Origin: Candidatus Hydrogenedens sp.
Lineage (GTDB): Bacteria; Hydrogenedentota; Hydrogenedentia; Hydrogenedentales; Hydrogenedentaceae
DNA: 64,000 nt
Direction of reading: 5' to 3'
Assembly: GCA_035378955.1 (NCBI GenBank)
Contig: DAOSUS010000004.1
Span: 20,158 to 84,157 of the forward strand
Both the position numbers and the translations under genes were made by a program. The notes beneath the pieces were generated by a model. It ran no database searches and had not been told where the DNA came from. It was given only the letters and a program-made list of their open reading frames with translations. Numbering within the stretch: the first letter of the stretch is position 1; each line of letters opens with the position of its first letter. Below, one piece after another: positions 19,150-28,920 of the stretch.

Positions 19150-20709
19150 TTAAAACTCAATCGTCGTGGAGATGTAGAAGTAGTCAGCGTCGTCATCGTT
19201 AAAAGTAGAAATATAAGAAGTAGCATAATTGTCTAAAAAGTTCCCCTCGACCAAACCATCACCGATAAAGAAATGAGACCAGCCGGTTTCAAAGCTCAGG
19301 TCTTCACTGTATTGATATGTCAGGGAAAGTAATGTTTGCCAGCCAAGGTCTTTACTGTTCGTCTGTGTTAAGAATGGGAACGGACTGAAAGGATAAAATT
19401 CTATATCACCCATTGTAAACGAATAAGGTTTATCAAAAGCAGATACGGCTTGTAGATAAGCAACTTCAAAACCAACTTCCACTTTTTCTACTGGTTTGAC
19501 AGATACACCCGAATACAATTGCCAGAAGTTTGTCATGCCGGACAAATCAATAAAATTATCTTCACGGGTTGCTGTGAATAAACGATTAAATGAGGGACTG
19601 GCTTCCCCAACTCCTATTCCAACTAACCAATCCGTAAATGAAAGAGAACGATTATCCGCGGCACCGTAATAACATCCTCCCAAATAAATACGGGGTGTCC
19701 ATTTTACTTCCTTCATCGTGTATCCTACTTCAAAATGTCCTGCAGGTAATGCCCAATCTGCATTACTATCACCGTAAATACCATCAACAGGAATGAATAG
19801 ATTTCCAAAAGCCGAACTTTCTCCCCATTGATAAGCAAATTCTACTTCGTAATCAAATTTGTTATATTCTCCAAAAAACCTCGCACCTATGGTGTGAATA
19901 TAAGTTGTAGAAGAATTATCTCTGTCAAAAATTCGCTCAAAGGTTTCTAAAAAAATGTCTCCATCAGTTACTTCGTTCTTACGATTATCTCGAAGCAAAA
20001 AATAATAAATATCCAAGCCACTTCCTTCAACGATTTCCTTCCAGGTGAAATAGATACCCGCAAAATCAACATCGTTGTGATTGAATGAACTTAAATTTTC
20101 AAAAAGTTTTGCATAAAAGACATCCAGCATATAAACTTCTTGTTCATACTGTAGTCTGATTGCATCAAAACTTAATCCAACGAAGGGATTGGGACCCGGG
20201 TCCGAACCTACAAGCCATCCCGAACCTAAATCGATTGCCTGTCTTCCTACAGTAAGAGTTAATCCTTCCGTCCCTATGTCCTTACATTGTATATAGGCTT
20301 GAAATAATTCAATATCATCAATAGTATTACCTCTTGTGTCTCTCCCTGTTAAATAATCCTGAGAACGGAAATCTTCTCCCCATGTATCAATCGAATCCAC
20401 TTCGATAAAAGCAGAAACATTATCGGTCATTACAGCGTTTGTGTGTAATCGGGTTCTTTGTTCTACATACGCACTCCCTGTTGATCCTTTTCCCGTCCTG
20501 TAAGCGGAGTATGTTCCATCAGGTCCTATGCTTCTACCCGACAAAGCCCATGATGGAATTCTATCTTGGTCTGACGGCTCTACAAAACCCCGATAATAGA
20601 GACCATAAATCTCAAGTTTACCTCCTACTTCAACAGATACTAATTCTCCATAGGACAAAACACATAATAAAGAAATTGTAAGAAACATAAGAAAAGATTT
20701 TTTTAACAT
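19150..20709 (-). CDS. Alginate-export-family outer-membrane beta-barrel protein
   Basis: Signal peptide, ELFQAYI..LTVGRQ..LGSGWLVG..FDAIR, C-terminal Phe. Confidence 0.75.
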   Translation of the reverse strand: MLKKSFLMFLTISLLCVLSYGELVSVEVGGKLEIYGLYYRGFVEPSDQDRIPSWALSGRSIGPDGTYSAYRTGKGSTGSAYVEQRTRLHTNAVMTDNVSAFIEVDSIDTWGEDFRSQDYLTGRDTRGNTIDDIELFQAYIQCKDIGTEGLTLTVGRQAIDLGSGWLVGSDPGPNPFVGLSFDAIRLQYEQEVYMLDVFYAKLFENLSSFNHNDVDFAGIYFTWKEIVEGSGLDIYYFLLRDNRKNEVTDGDIFLETFERIFDRDNSSTTYIHTIGARFFGEYNKFDYEVEFAYQWGESSAFGNLFIPVDGIYGDSNADWALPAGHFEVGYTMKEVKWTPRIYLGGCYYGAADNRSLSFTDWLVGIGVGEASPSFNRLFTATREDNFIDLSGMTNFWQLYSGVSVKPVEKVEVGFEVAYLQAVSAFDKPYSFTMGDIEFYPFSPFPFLTQTNSKDLGWQTLLSLTYQYSEDLSFETGWSHFFIGDGLVEGNFLDNYATSYISTFNDDDADYFYISTTIEF

Positions 20710-20763
20710 TTTATTTTTCCTTTTCTTTTGTTTTTTATCTTAATTAAAACCTGAAAGTCCATT

Positions 20764-20779
20764 AACAAAAACTGTGCCA
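20764..20779 (-). promoter_or_regulatory. Possible sigma54-like promoter with a deviant -12 element
   Basis: TGGCAC-AGTTT-TTGTT gives GG-N10-GT rather than GG-N10-GC, about 55 nt before the porin start. Confidence 0.35.
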
Positions 20780-20877
20780 ACATCTAATATGTAATAAAAA
20801 AGTAATATTCGCTGATTATTATATACATTTTAGTAGTCCCACGAAATGTAAAAAAACATTTTTGTAGTATTCGATAA

Positions 20878-21285
20878 TTATTCTGGATGTTTTGAATATC
20901 TAATAAATATCCAATAACCACACTCTATAAGGATTGAAATTAGAGGGAATGTAATAACAGGATACAGATTGACATTAAAATACCCTGCTGACCAATGATG
21001 AAATAGCCAATCCCAGTTAGGGGTCCATTTACCATCATTCCCAATCCATACCTGAATGAATTCTTCTAACATGCTTAATCCGAAAGCCCACCATACCCAT
21101 GGAAAACATACAATCACCATGATTACTGCAATAGCAAAATTTCCCAGTCCCGCTTTTGTTGCTCCCGGTGCTGTTGGAGTAGTCCATGCTGCTTCTAATA
21201 GACCTAAATGGATGGCTACAATAACTGCTATCAAAAATTTTATAAATCTTTTATGTCTATAAAATAATTCGTTGAGTTTAAGCAT
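20878..21285 (-). CDS. Hypothetical membrane protein
   Basis: 135 aa with about three hydrophobic segments; last gene of a same-strand run. Confidence 0.6.
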   Translation of the reverse strand: MLKLNELFYRHKRFIKFLIAVIVAIHLGLLEAAWTTPTAPGATKAGLGNFAIAVIMVIVCFPWVWWAFGLSMLEEFIQVWIGNDGKWTPNWDWLFHHWSAGYFNVNLYPVITFPLISILIECGYWIFIRYSKHPE

Positions 21286-21293
21286 TATTGTGA

Positions 21294-22454
21294 TTATTTT
21301 TGTATATTTTTTATAGGTCCGAAATTACGGAACAGAAAAACACCTTCTTTTCCGGGGGCGACAATATCTTTCCAGCCATTTTTGTCTATGTCTTCAACCC
21401 AGAAATAAATTCCAACGCCACTTGCCTTCCCTGCGGGTCCATAATCAATTGTATAACGATGAAATTCACCGTTTATAATTTTAAAGTAATATACTCCCAA
21501 GGGGTCTTTTGAACCGGGGTCATGAAATGCATGAGCACGATAGCGTTTCCCTGTAACCAATTCTAACTCGCCATCATTATCAATATCATGTAGTTGAATA
21601 TCATGATATTGAGACCGATACTCATCAATAATATGTTTTTCCCATGTTCTTTTCCCATCTACAGAAATCTTTTGCTCATACCAGAATAAGCCATAATCAT
21701 GTGCAGAGCCCACCAAAATATCGTTTTTTCCATCTTTGTTAACATCAAGGGTCAAAATCGGAACACTTGCTGAACCCAAATTCCACTCTGGAAACCATTG
21801 CCATCCTTCTACATCAAAGGGATTTGCAGGGGATTTTAACCAGCCACCTGCAAACAACAGGTCTATATTTCCATCTCCGTCCACATCCCCGTAACCTGCT
21901 CCATGTCCTCCTGCTCCATCTGTTTTTATTTCATACTTAATAAATTCACCGGCGGGCTTTCCATTATCAGAAATTTTTAATTTAAAAATATAAACAGGCT
22001 TTGTAACGGGAATGACTTCTACAATACCGTCCTTATCCAAATCACAAAAAATAGCTCGTTCAATATTGCCGACTTCTGCTATATCGTGTGTAGTCCACAG
22101 TTCCTCTTTCCCCTGAGGATTTTCTCGCCAGCGTAAGGTCTTCCCCCACCAACCACCGGAAATAACATCCATATAGCCATCGCCATTTACATCCATAGGA
22201 TAATTGGAGAAATCATCGTAGTAATCGTCTATAGGTTGTAGAACACATACACGATGTGCTTTTTTGAAATCAGGACCTTCATACCAGAACTCACCTGAAT
22301 AAATATCATAAATACCATCATTATTTACATCAAAAATAGATGCGGCTTCGTAAATTCCTTCTCCAATTCGTTCTCGTTGGAAGGATAAAAAATTATCTGC
22401 ATCAACAACGGATATAATTCCACTGTATATGAGGGAAATTGCTATAAATAACAT
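21294..22454 (-). CDS. FG-GAP/VCBS repeat beta-propeller protein
   Basis: Repeated DxNxDGxxD motifs (DVNNDGIYD, DVNGDGYMD, DLDKDG, DVDGDGNID, DIDNDGELE). Confidence 0.88.
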   Translation of the reverse strand: MLFIAISLIYSGIISVVDADNFLSFQRERIGEGIYEAASIFDVNNDGIYDIYSGEFWYEGPDFKKAHRVCVLQPIDDYYDDFSNYPMDVNGDGYMDVISGGWWGKTLRWRENPQGKEELWTTHDIAEVGNIERAIFCDLDKDGIVEVIPVTKPVYIFKLKISDNGKPAGEFIKYEIKTDGAGGHGAGYGDVDGDGNIDLLFAGGWLKSPANPFDVEGWQWFPEWNLGSASVPILTLDVNKDGKNDILVGSAHDYGLFWYEQKISVDGKRTWEKHIIDEYRSQYHDIQLHDIDNDGELELVTGKRYRAHAFHDPGSKDPLGVYYFKIINGEFHRYTIDYGPAGKASGVGIYFWVEDIDKNGWKDIVAPGKEGVFLFRNFGPIKNIQK

Positions 22455-22464
22455 TTCTTTTCTC

Positions 22465-24582
22465 CTATAAAGGTTTTATGTTAAATATAAGTGGTTTTCC
22501 AGAAGTATCGGTTAGTCGGAAACAAAAATTCCAACCTCCTTTTATCTGGGTTATCTGGAGCAGAATTTCGTTCTCTCCTTTCTTTAGATGAACCCCTACT
22601 TTATCCTCATCTACTCTCATACCCCTATCTACATGTTTATTAGTTATTTCTTCCTGATTTATCCATAAACGGAACCCATCATCAGAACCTATACATGCAA
22701 AAGCCGAAGTATCTTCGGAAACTTCAATCTTTGTATACGCAAAGGCACATACATTCTCACAATCCGTTGAAGATTGTGAGCATAATCCCATTAATCCTAC
22801 ATATCCCCAACCTTCCGTGGAAACATCTTTTTTCCAGACATAATCTTTGTCATTATACTTGTAAGGGCTATCTAACGAAACAGGCTGAGGAAATCCATAA
22901 TTTTCATCAAAGGGTGTCTGAGTATTCCATGGGAAAGGTCCCAGTAAATTCCATTTATTTACAAAACCGGCTAATGAACAAAATTGAGGAAGGTTTTTTG
23001 AATTACTTATGCTACCTAAAATCTTTTCTAAAGATATGGTTGCTAATTGTTCTCTCAATATCTCATATATCTGATTTCGCTTTTCTTTATTGTCATCGTT
23101 TAGCGTGTTATATAACTCAAAGAGTAAGGGGAAAGGCAGGTTTTTAGGGTCCTCCTTGCCCAATTCAGGAAGCAATACATCCACAGTTTCAGGGACAGGG
23201 AACTTTTTTATTTCTTCCAGAACCATCTCTCGTTCTTCGGGTGGACATAGTTTAAATAGGTATAAATTGGCTCTTCCCATTAGTTGTTTATCGGATTCCT
23301 CTACTTCATGACAAGAAGCGATAACCCGCCAGAGACATTCTACTAATTTTTGTTTTTCGGGTTCCTCCAGAGTTTCTATTATTGACGGAATATAATCTAC
23401 ATACAATAACGATGGAGTTTCGTAAAATGCATTTAAAAACATCCTTTTACCATTAGTTCCTGTTTCCTTTAATAGATTTTGAACTATTGTCTTGCCTTCT
23501 TCATTATTTCTCTGAATTAAGAAAGGTAACAAATAAATTTGTTTTTCTTTGGGAAGTTTAGAACATAGTTTCAATATAGGCTGGGTTGCAGATGGAATGT
23601 TCAACATTTTTATTGCATGAAATACAGCCCGATGAAACATTTCTTTTTCTGAATTTAAAAGAATTGCTTCTAAATCAGGTATAACTGTTTCGTCTCCATA
23701 CCGTCCCAGTCCGATAATAGCCGATTCCACAAGTTCCGGTATTTTACAGTTTTCAATAATATTTCGATACATAAACATTGTGTAATCCCAATTTCCTCCT
23801 TTCAAAGCAGACTTTTCTGCCAGACGAACATAGGCGTCCCATAATTCCTGACATAGGGGTTCGGTTTCTGGAGTAGATTTACACATATCCAATAACTTAG
23901 AAGCATAAAGGACGGACCCTGTGTTTGCAATCACTCGTGCAGAAGCGACTTTTACAGGCATCATGGGATTATCTAACAACATGGCTATTTCTTCGATACA
24001 TGGAACTTTTTCCATCTGATATAAGCCTAAAAGGATGGCAACTTTTTCTTCATCTGAAAGAAGACTTAAACTATCACATAAAATTTTTGCGGATAACATA
24101 GTCCCATTCTCGACAAGTGCGGTTCGCACCTTTTCTCTCCATAAAGGTTCCAATAAAATTTTTTGAAGAATCTCAGGGGGTGTTTCTTCATCTACGATAA
24201 AAGATAAGGCTTTTAAGATATATTCTCGCGATAAATCGATCAAAGAAGTATCTGCAAAATAAGTCAATAACGCATTGATGTATTGTTCCTTTTCTGACTT
24301 TTCGGCTTTAGTCATACGATTGGTTATATCAAATAGAATATTTTTTGCAACACCCCTTATATCGGGATTATCAGAACCTAAGGCAGGGATAATTTTGGGC
24401 AAAACTTCCATAGGGGGCTTTAATGGTAATAATTGTCGGGCAATTGCATGTTCTTGGGGATTATCTGAATTTAGTTTTCCCACCAATTGCTCAATGGATA
24501 ATGCTCTGTCATAATCGGCAGGTGATTGAATTACAGAGATTATAAGAATAAGTGTTAATAAGGGAGTTAGCATAACTATCAT
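22465..24582 (-). CDS. HEAT-repeat protein with a C-terminal beta-sandwich (PA14/carbohydrate-binding-like) domain
   Basis: Helical repeats followed by WNLLGPF..AFAYT..IGSDDGFRLWIN..LKKGENEILL..GGWNF. Confidence 0.7.
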   Translation of the reverse strand: MIVMLTPLLTLILIISVIQSPADYDRALSIEQLVGKLNSDNPQEHAIARQLLPLKPPMEVLPKIIPALGSDNPDIRGVAKNILFDITNRMTKAEKSEKEQYINALLTYFADTSLIDLSREYILKALSFIVDEETPPEILQKILLEPLWREKVRTALVENGTMLSAKILCDSLSLLSDEEKVAILLGLYQMEKVPCIEEIAMLLDNPMMPVKVASARVIANTGSVLYASKLLDMCKSTPETEPLCQELWDAYVRLAEKSALKGGNWDYTMFMYRNIIENCKIPELVESAIIGLGRYGDETVIPDLEAILLNSEKEMFHRAVFHAIKMLNIPSATQPILKLCSKLPKEKQIYLLPFLIQRNNEEGKTIVQNLLKETGTNGKRMFLNAFYETPSLLYVDYIPSIIETLEEPEKQKLVECLWRVIASCHEVEESDKQLMGRANLYLFKLCPPEEREMVLEEIKKFPVPETVDVLLPELGKEDPKNLPFPLLFELYNTLNDDNKEKRNQIYEILREQLATISLEKILGSISNSKNLPQFCSLAGFVNKWNLLGPFPWNTQTPFDENYGFPQPVSLDSPYKYNDKDYVWKKDVSTEGWGYVGLMGLCSQSSTDCENVCAFAYTKIEVSEDTSAFACIGSDDGFRLWINQEEITNKHVDRGMRVDEDKVGVHLKKGENEILLQITQIKGGWNFCFRLTDTSGKPLIFNIKPL

Positions 24583-24597
24583 TCCTTTCTTATATAC

Positions 24598-25899
24598 TTA
24601 TAAATGCCATGGAGGGCGATAAGTTCGAATAAGGTAGCGATTTGCATTGTCATCGTTTATGAATTTTTCTTCTTCAGCATTCCATATCAATTTTCTACCG
24701 CAACGCAAGGATATACCGGCAAGAAGAACCGTTGTAGTAGAACGAAAGCCCTGTTCTATATCTGCATGAGGCTTACAGCGAGAACGGACACAATCAAAGA
24801 AATTATTATGATGGTCTGTATTTGCCCAACTGCGTTCAGGCTCTCCGATAAATTCAGGGGCACGAGACCCATCTTTATATCGAATAATAAAAGAATTTCT
24901 GTCTACAAATAAGGCACCTTCCGTCCCATAAAAAGCAATTCCATATCCTTTGTTCTCGTGGAAATTGGCATGTCTTTGTTCCCATGTTACAAGACAGCCG
25001 GGAAATTCCATTACAGACTCGATTGTTTCGTAATTATCGGCACCGGCATTTTCTCGATAACTTCCTCCACTGGATTGAATGGTTAATGGCGCAGACTGCT
25101 GAATTCCCCATTGAACAATATCCATCAAGTGTATGCCCCAATTGGTTAGTTGTCCTCCTCTTGCATAATCAAAAAAGCCCATAAATCCACCAAAACGCTC
25201 CCGTGAAAACGGAACATAGGGTGCCGGACCTAACCACAAATCCCAGTCTAACCCTCGCGGAATAGGTTCAATTTTCTCTCCCGGTTTCCATTCATTCACT
25301 CCAACCCAAGCACGAGCAGAGGTTATCGTGCCTAATCGCCCTGAATGGATAATATGCATCGCTCTTTGAAAAACGGGCATAGAACGCTGTTGTGTCCCTG
25401 CTTGAACAATGCGTCCATACCTACGGGCTGTATCTACCATAGCACGGCCCTCTTGAACAGTCGTGCAAACAGGCTTTTCTACATATACATCCTTGCCGGC
25501 ACGGCAAAACATAATGGTTAATAAAGCATGCCAGTGGTCTGGTGTAGCCACAAATACCGCATCAATATCATCTCTATCTAACAAATAACGAAAATCTTGA
25601 AAACCTTCCGGTTTCTTACCACTTAATTTTTCCACTGTTTCAATAGCCGTGTAGTATCGGCTTTTGGCAACATCGCACAGGGCCATTATTTGGCAATTGG
25701 GATTTACAGAAAGGGCTTCTATATGCCTTGAACCCATACCTCCGTTTCCAATAACTGCAATACGAACCAAATCGGATAAACCGACATTTCCTGCAAATGC
25801 CTTTGAAAAGTATGTGGAACTTCCTAATAAGGCAAGCCTGGATATTTTTTTGAGGAATTTTCTCCTATTAAATCCCTCGCTTTTTAAATCTTTTGACAT
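24598..25899 (-). CDS. Gfo/Idh/MocA oxidoreductase with a twin-arginine-like signal
   Basis: NRRKFLK, IGNGGMG, ATPDHWHA, DVYVEKP, LDWDLWLGPAP. Confidence 0.92.
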   Translation of the reverse strand: MSKDLKSEGFNRRKFLKKISRLALLGSSTYFSKAFAGNVGLSDLVRIAVIGNGGMGSRHIEALSVNPNCQIMALCDVAKSRYYTAIETVEKLSGKKPEGFQDFRYLLDRDDIDAVFVATPDHWHALLTIMFCRAGKDVYVEKPVCTTVQEGRAMVDTARRYGRIVQAGTQQRSMPVFQRAMHIIHSGRLGTITSARAWVGVNEWKPGEKIEPIPRGLDWDLWLGPAPYVPFSRERFGGFMGFFDYARGGQLTNWGIHLMDIVQWGIQQSAPLTIQSSGGSYRENAGADNYETIESVMEFPGCLVTWEQRHANFHENKGYGIAFYGTEGALFVDRNSFIIRYKDGSRAPEFIGEPERSWANTDHHNNFFDCVRSRCKPHADIEQGFRSTTTVLLAGISLRCGRKLIWNAEEEKFINDDNANRYLIRTYRPPWHL

Positions 25900-25923
25900 A
25901 TTTTATAACTCCTGTTTGATTTA

Positions 25924-27360
25924 TTAAGATGTAGTCTTGCTTGCTTTGTCTGCCAATTCTCCAAAACGATGAACCACAGCAAGGGCAGGGTCTAAAGGCA
26001 CTTTTGCTCTTTGCACATCCTTAGGAATAGATATTATCGGGGTTGGTTTTAGAGATTTTCCGGCAAACTGAGGAAGCCATGATTGTTCGGCTTCTAACAT
26101 TTCCGCAACCAGGTCACGCACTTCTTTCAAAGATAAACAAGCAGAGGTTAATGGGTCTAAAGCACAGGCAGAAACAACCAGTTCGGGGTCTCCCTGAATT
26201 GCGGCTTCGACAGCCAACCCCTGAACATTAATATTTGATAAATTCAGACCTGCACATTGCGGAGGTAATGCACCTATATGCGTTGGATGTAGTCCTATTT
26301 TATCAGCAAAAACTGGGATTTCGACGCAACAGCCATCTGGCAAATTAGTAATATAATGGTCATTTCGGACATTTCCTTGAAACTTAAATGTTTTTCCTGT
26401 CTGTAAGGCTTCTAATATATAGGAACAATATTCAACACTTCGATGAGTAATTTTTGTTGGCTCATTCTCTAACAAATCTTCATTTTCCAGTTTATCCGCT
26501 ATTAGTCTACACCATTTGTAATATGCACCAGACTCTCCGCCAAAGGAAGGTTCATCGCAATAGGTTTGTAGTGTCCTTTCATGACTACGAAACCACGGAA
26601 TATATTCAGATAAATGTCCTGTACTCTCTGTCATAAAATAGCCAAAGTGCCTCATAACCTCTATACGAACTTTTTCATTCACATAATATTCCGGCTGTTC
26701 ACAACGAAGTTTAAATAGAGGATATAAATCCTTTCCTTTGTGCTCAATGCGTAGGAACCAAGCCATGTGATTAATTCCTGCTACCAGATAATCAATCTCA
26801 TTTTTGGGAACTTCTACATAACCCGAAATCAAATCCAGTGTTGTCTGGACCCCGTGACATAAACCTACAAACTTTAATCCCGAAATTTTTCCCAAAGCCC
26901 AACATACCATCGCCATAGGATTGACATAATTCAGCAAATAAGCATTAGGACAAAGTTCCTGCATATCTCGGGCAAGGTCCATCATCACAGGTATTGTTCT
27001 CAATGCTCTAAAAATTCCACCTGGACCCATTGTATCGCCGATACATTGGTCAACACCATACTTCAAAGGTATTTCATAATCATACTTAAAGGCATTTACA
27101 CCTCCTATTTGAAGCATTGCAATCACATAATCCGCTTGATTAAGTGCTTCCCTGCGGTCCTGCGTAATATAGTTTTTTACCTTCAATCCATTATCTTTTA
27201 CCACGCGGTCTGCAAAAGACTTCATACGCTCTATTTTTTTTCGAGTAGGACTCATGAACCAAAATTCTGCATCTTGAAAAGCAGGCACAGAAACGAGGTC
27301 CATAAACAAAGTTTTACAAAAAACGATACTTCCTGCCCCTATCATTGCAATTTTAGCCAT
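25924..27360 (-). CDS. melA: Glycoside hydrolase family 4, alpha-galactosidase-like
   Basis: IGAGS, DYEIPLKYGVDQCIGDTMGPGG, NYVNP, LCHG, GINHMAW. Confidence 0.88.
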   Translation of the reverse strand: MAKIAMIGAGSIVFCKTLFMDLVSVPAFQDAEFWFMSPTRKKIERMKSFADRVVKDNGLKVKNYITQDRREALNQADYVIAMLQIGGVNAFKYDYEIPLKYGVDQCIGDTMGPGGIFRALRTIPVMMDLARDMQELCPNAYLLNYVNPMAMVCWALGKISGLKFVGLCHGVQTTLDLISGYVEVPKNEIDYLVAGINHMAWFLRIEHKGKDLYPLFKLRCEQPEYYVNEKVRIEVMRHFGYFMTESTGHLSEYIPWFRSHERTLQTYCDEPSFGGESGAYYKWCRLIADKLENEDLLENEPTKITHRSVEYCSYILEALQTGKTFKFQGNVRNDHYITNLPDGCCVEIPVFADKIGLHPTHIGALPPQCAGLNLSNINVQGLAVEAAIQGDPELVVSACALDPLTSACLSLKEVRDLVAEMLEAEQSWLPQFAGKSLKPTPIISIPKDVQRAKVPLDPALAVVHRFGELADKASKTTS

Positions 27361-27536
27361 AAGAATTCTCCTTTATTGTTAATTGTGACTGGAAAAATAT
27401 GTAAAAGTTATTATACATAAACACTTTTACAAAAAAATATTTTTTGAATTATAAATATCCGGAGGGTATGATATTTTGAACAGAAAGATATATAATAGTC
27501 GCCTAAAATAAAAACAGAAACAATTATTAATGAGTA

Positions 27537-28775
27537 ATGCTTCAAAAACAGATAAAAAACATAAAAAATCTTTTCAATCTCTGGATAACGGAATCTGTTC
27601 CAGAAGACATATCTAATGAACCGAATATACAGATTATTTCATCCATCGAAAGTTTATCTCTATTTCTCAGATATTTAACTTTGATTGTTGTTATTGTTGG
27701 CTATTCAATAGAATCATTTTCACAACAATATTTTGTTTCTATATTTTTGGGTTGTATCATTTTTCATATCCTTTTTACACATATCGTTTTTTATTTAAAA
27801 CAATACTATTTATTTACTAATCCTTTAAATTTTTTTCTTCATCTACTTACAATAACTACATCCGTTGTAGTAACAGAAAAAGAGTACAGTCCCTTAATAC
27901 TTTTCTATCCACTGCTCACCTTTGGAAATCTGATTTACGCGAGGAAAAGACCTCGCCCACTAATGGTAACTCTTATTTCCATTATTACATTAAATTTCAC
28001 CATTATAGGGATATGGTTATGGGAAAACCTTGCATTTGCTACCTACTATTTGTTCTGGAAAAATTTTATGATTTTACTATCAGGTATTTTCTGTTACTTT
28101 TTACTAAACTATATTCAACAGATACGGAGGGAATCGTATCATATACAACAAGAACTTCTATACACTCAAGGAATCATAAAATCTATTTTGGATAGTATCC
28201 AGAGCCCTATTTTAATATTTGATGAGAGTGAAATCATAACAGATACTAATTCTTATACATCTCAATTTTTTCAGATGGATTCTTCGGAACTTATAGGACA
28301 GCGTATTCGAAGTTTATTTTTTGATGATACACTTATAGGAGAACATCTTTTAGCCTTACGTTCAAGAAGTAATGTTGTTATCAATGCAATTGCTCTTTCC
28401 TCTTCAGGGGAAGAAATACCAGTTGATTTTATTGTTCAGGTCTTTTATCGAAATCAGAGGAAGTATTTCTTCGGAATTATGATAGATAAAAGAGAACACA
28501 AAAGATTGGAAGAAATTTCTCAATTACTTCACAAACGAGAGGAAGAAATCAATAACAAAATATCCCTATTGAAAGACCTGCAGTCTGATTTATCTCTTCA
28601 ACATACTGCACAAATTTTTACTTATATTACAACCTTAAAGAATATTCTACATTTGTTATCGCATGAGCAATTAGGAGTAATTACAGAACGGCAAAAAAAT
28701 GCATTAGAAATAGGCATTCATGCGTTAGAACAATTAGAAAATGAACTACAAAAAGAAGCCAAAATCGTTTCATAA
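27537..28775 (+). CDS. Membrane PAS-domain protein ending in a degenerate HisKA-like helix, without an ATPase domain
   Basis: About 5-6 TM segments, PAS (SIQSPILIFD..ELIGQRI..GEEIPV), and C-terminal TYITTLK..LGVITERQKNAL. Confidence 0.7.
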   Translation: MLQKQIKNIKNLFNLWITESVPEDISNEPNIQIISSIESLSLFLRYLTLIVVIVGYSIESFSQQYFVSIFLGCIIFHILFTHIVFYLKQYYLFTNPLNFFLHLLTITTSVVVTEKEYSPLILFYPLLTFGNLIYARKRPRPLMVTLISIITLNFTIIGIWLWENLAFATYYLFWKNFMILLSGIFCYFLLNYIQQIRRESYHIQQELLYTQGIIKSILDSIQSPILIFDESEIITDTNSYTSQFFQMDSSELIGQRIRSLFFDDTLIGEHLLALRSRSNVVINAIALSSSGEEIPVDFIVQVFYRNQRKYFFGIMIDKREHKRLEEISQLLHKREEEINNKISLLKDLQSDLSLQHTAQIFTYITTLKNILHLLSHEQLGVITERQKNALEIGIHALEQLENELQKEAKIVS

Positions 28776-28920
28776 TAACACGGCTCCGATTATTCTAAAC
28801 ATTCTGGGAGATATATTCTACGGGCCTCTTTGTATTTTTAGCCCCAATCATGGCATAATATAGTCCTATTCCGCAGTAATTAAAGATAATTAAATAAAAC
28901 ATAAACATAGGAGAAGTTCT

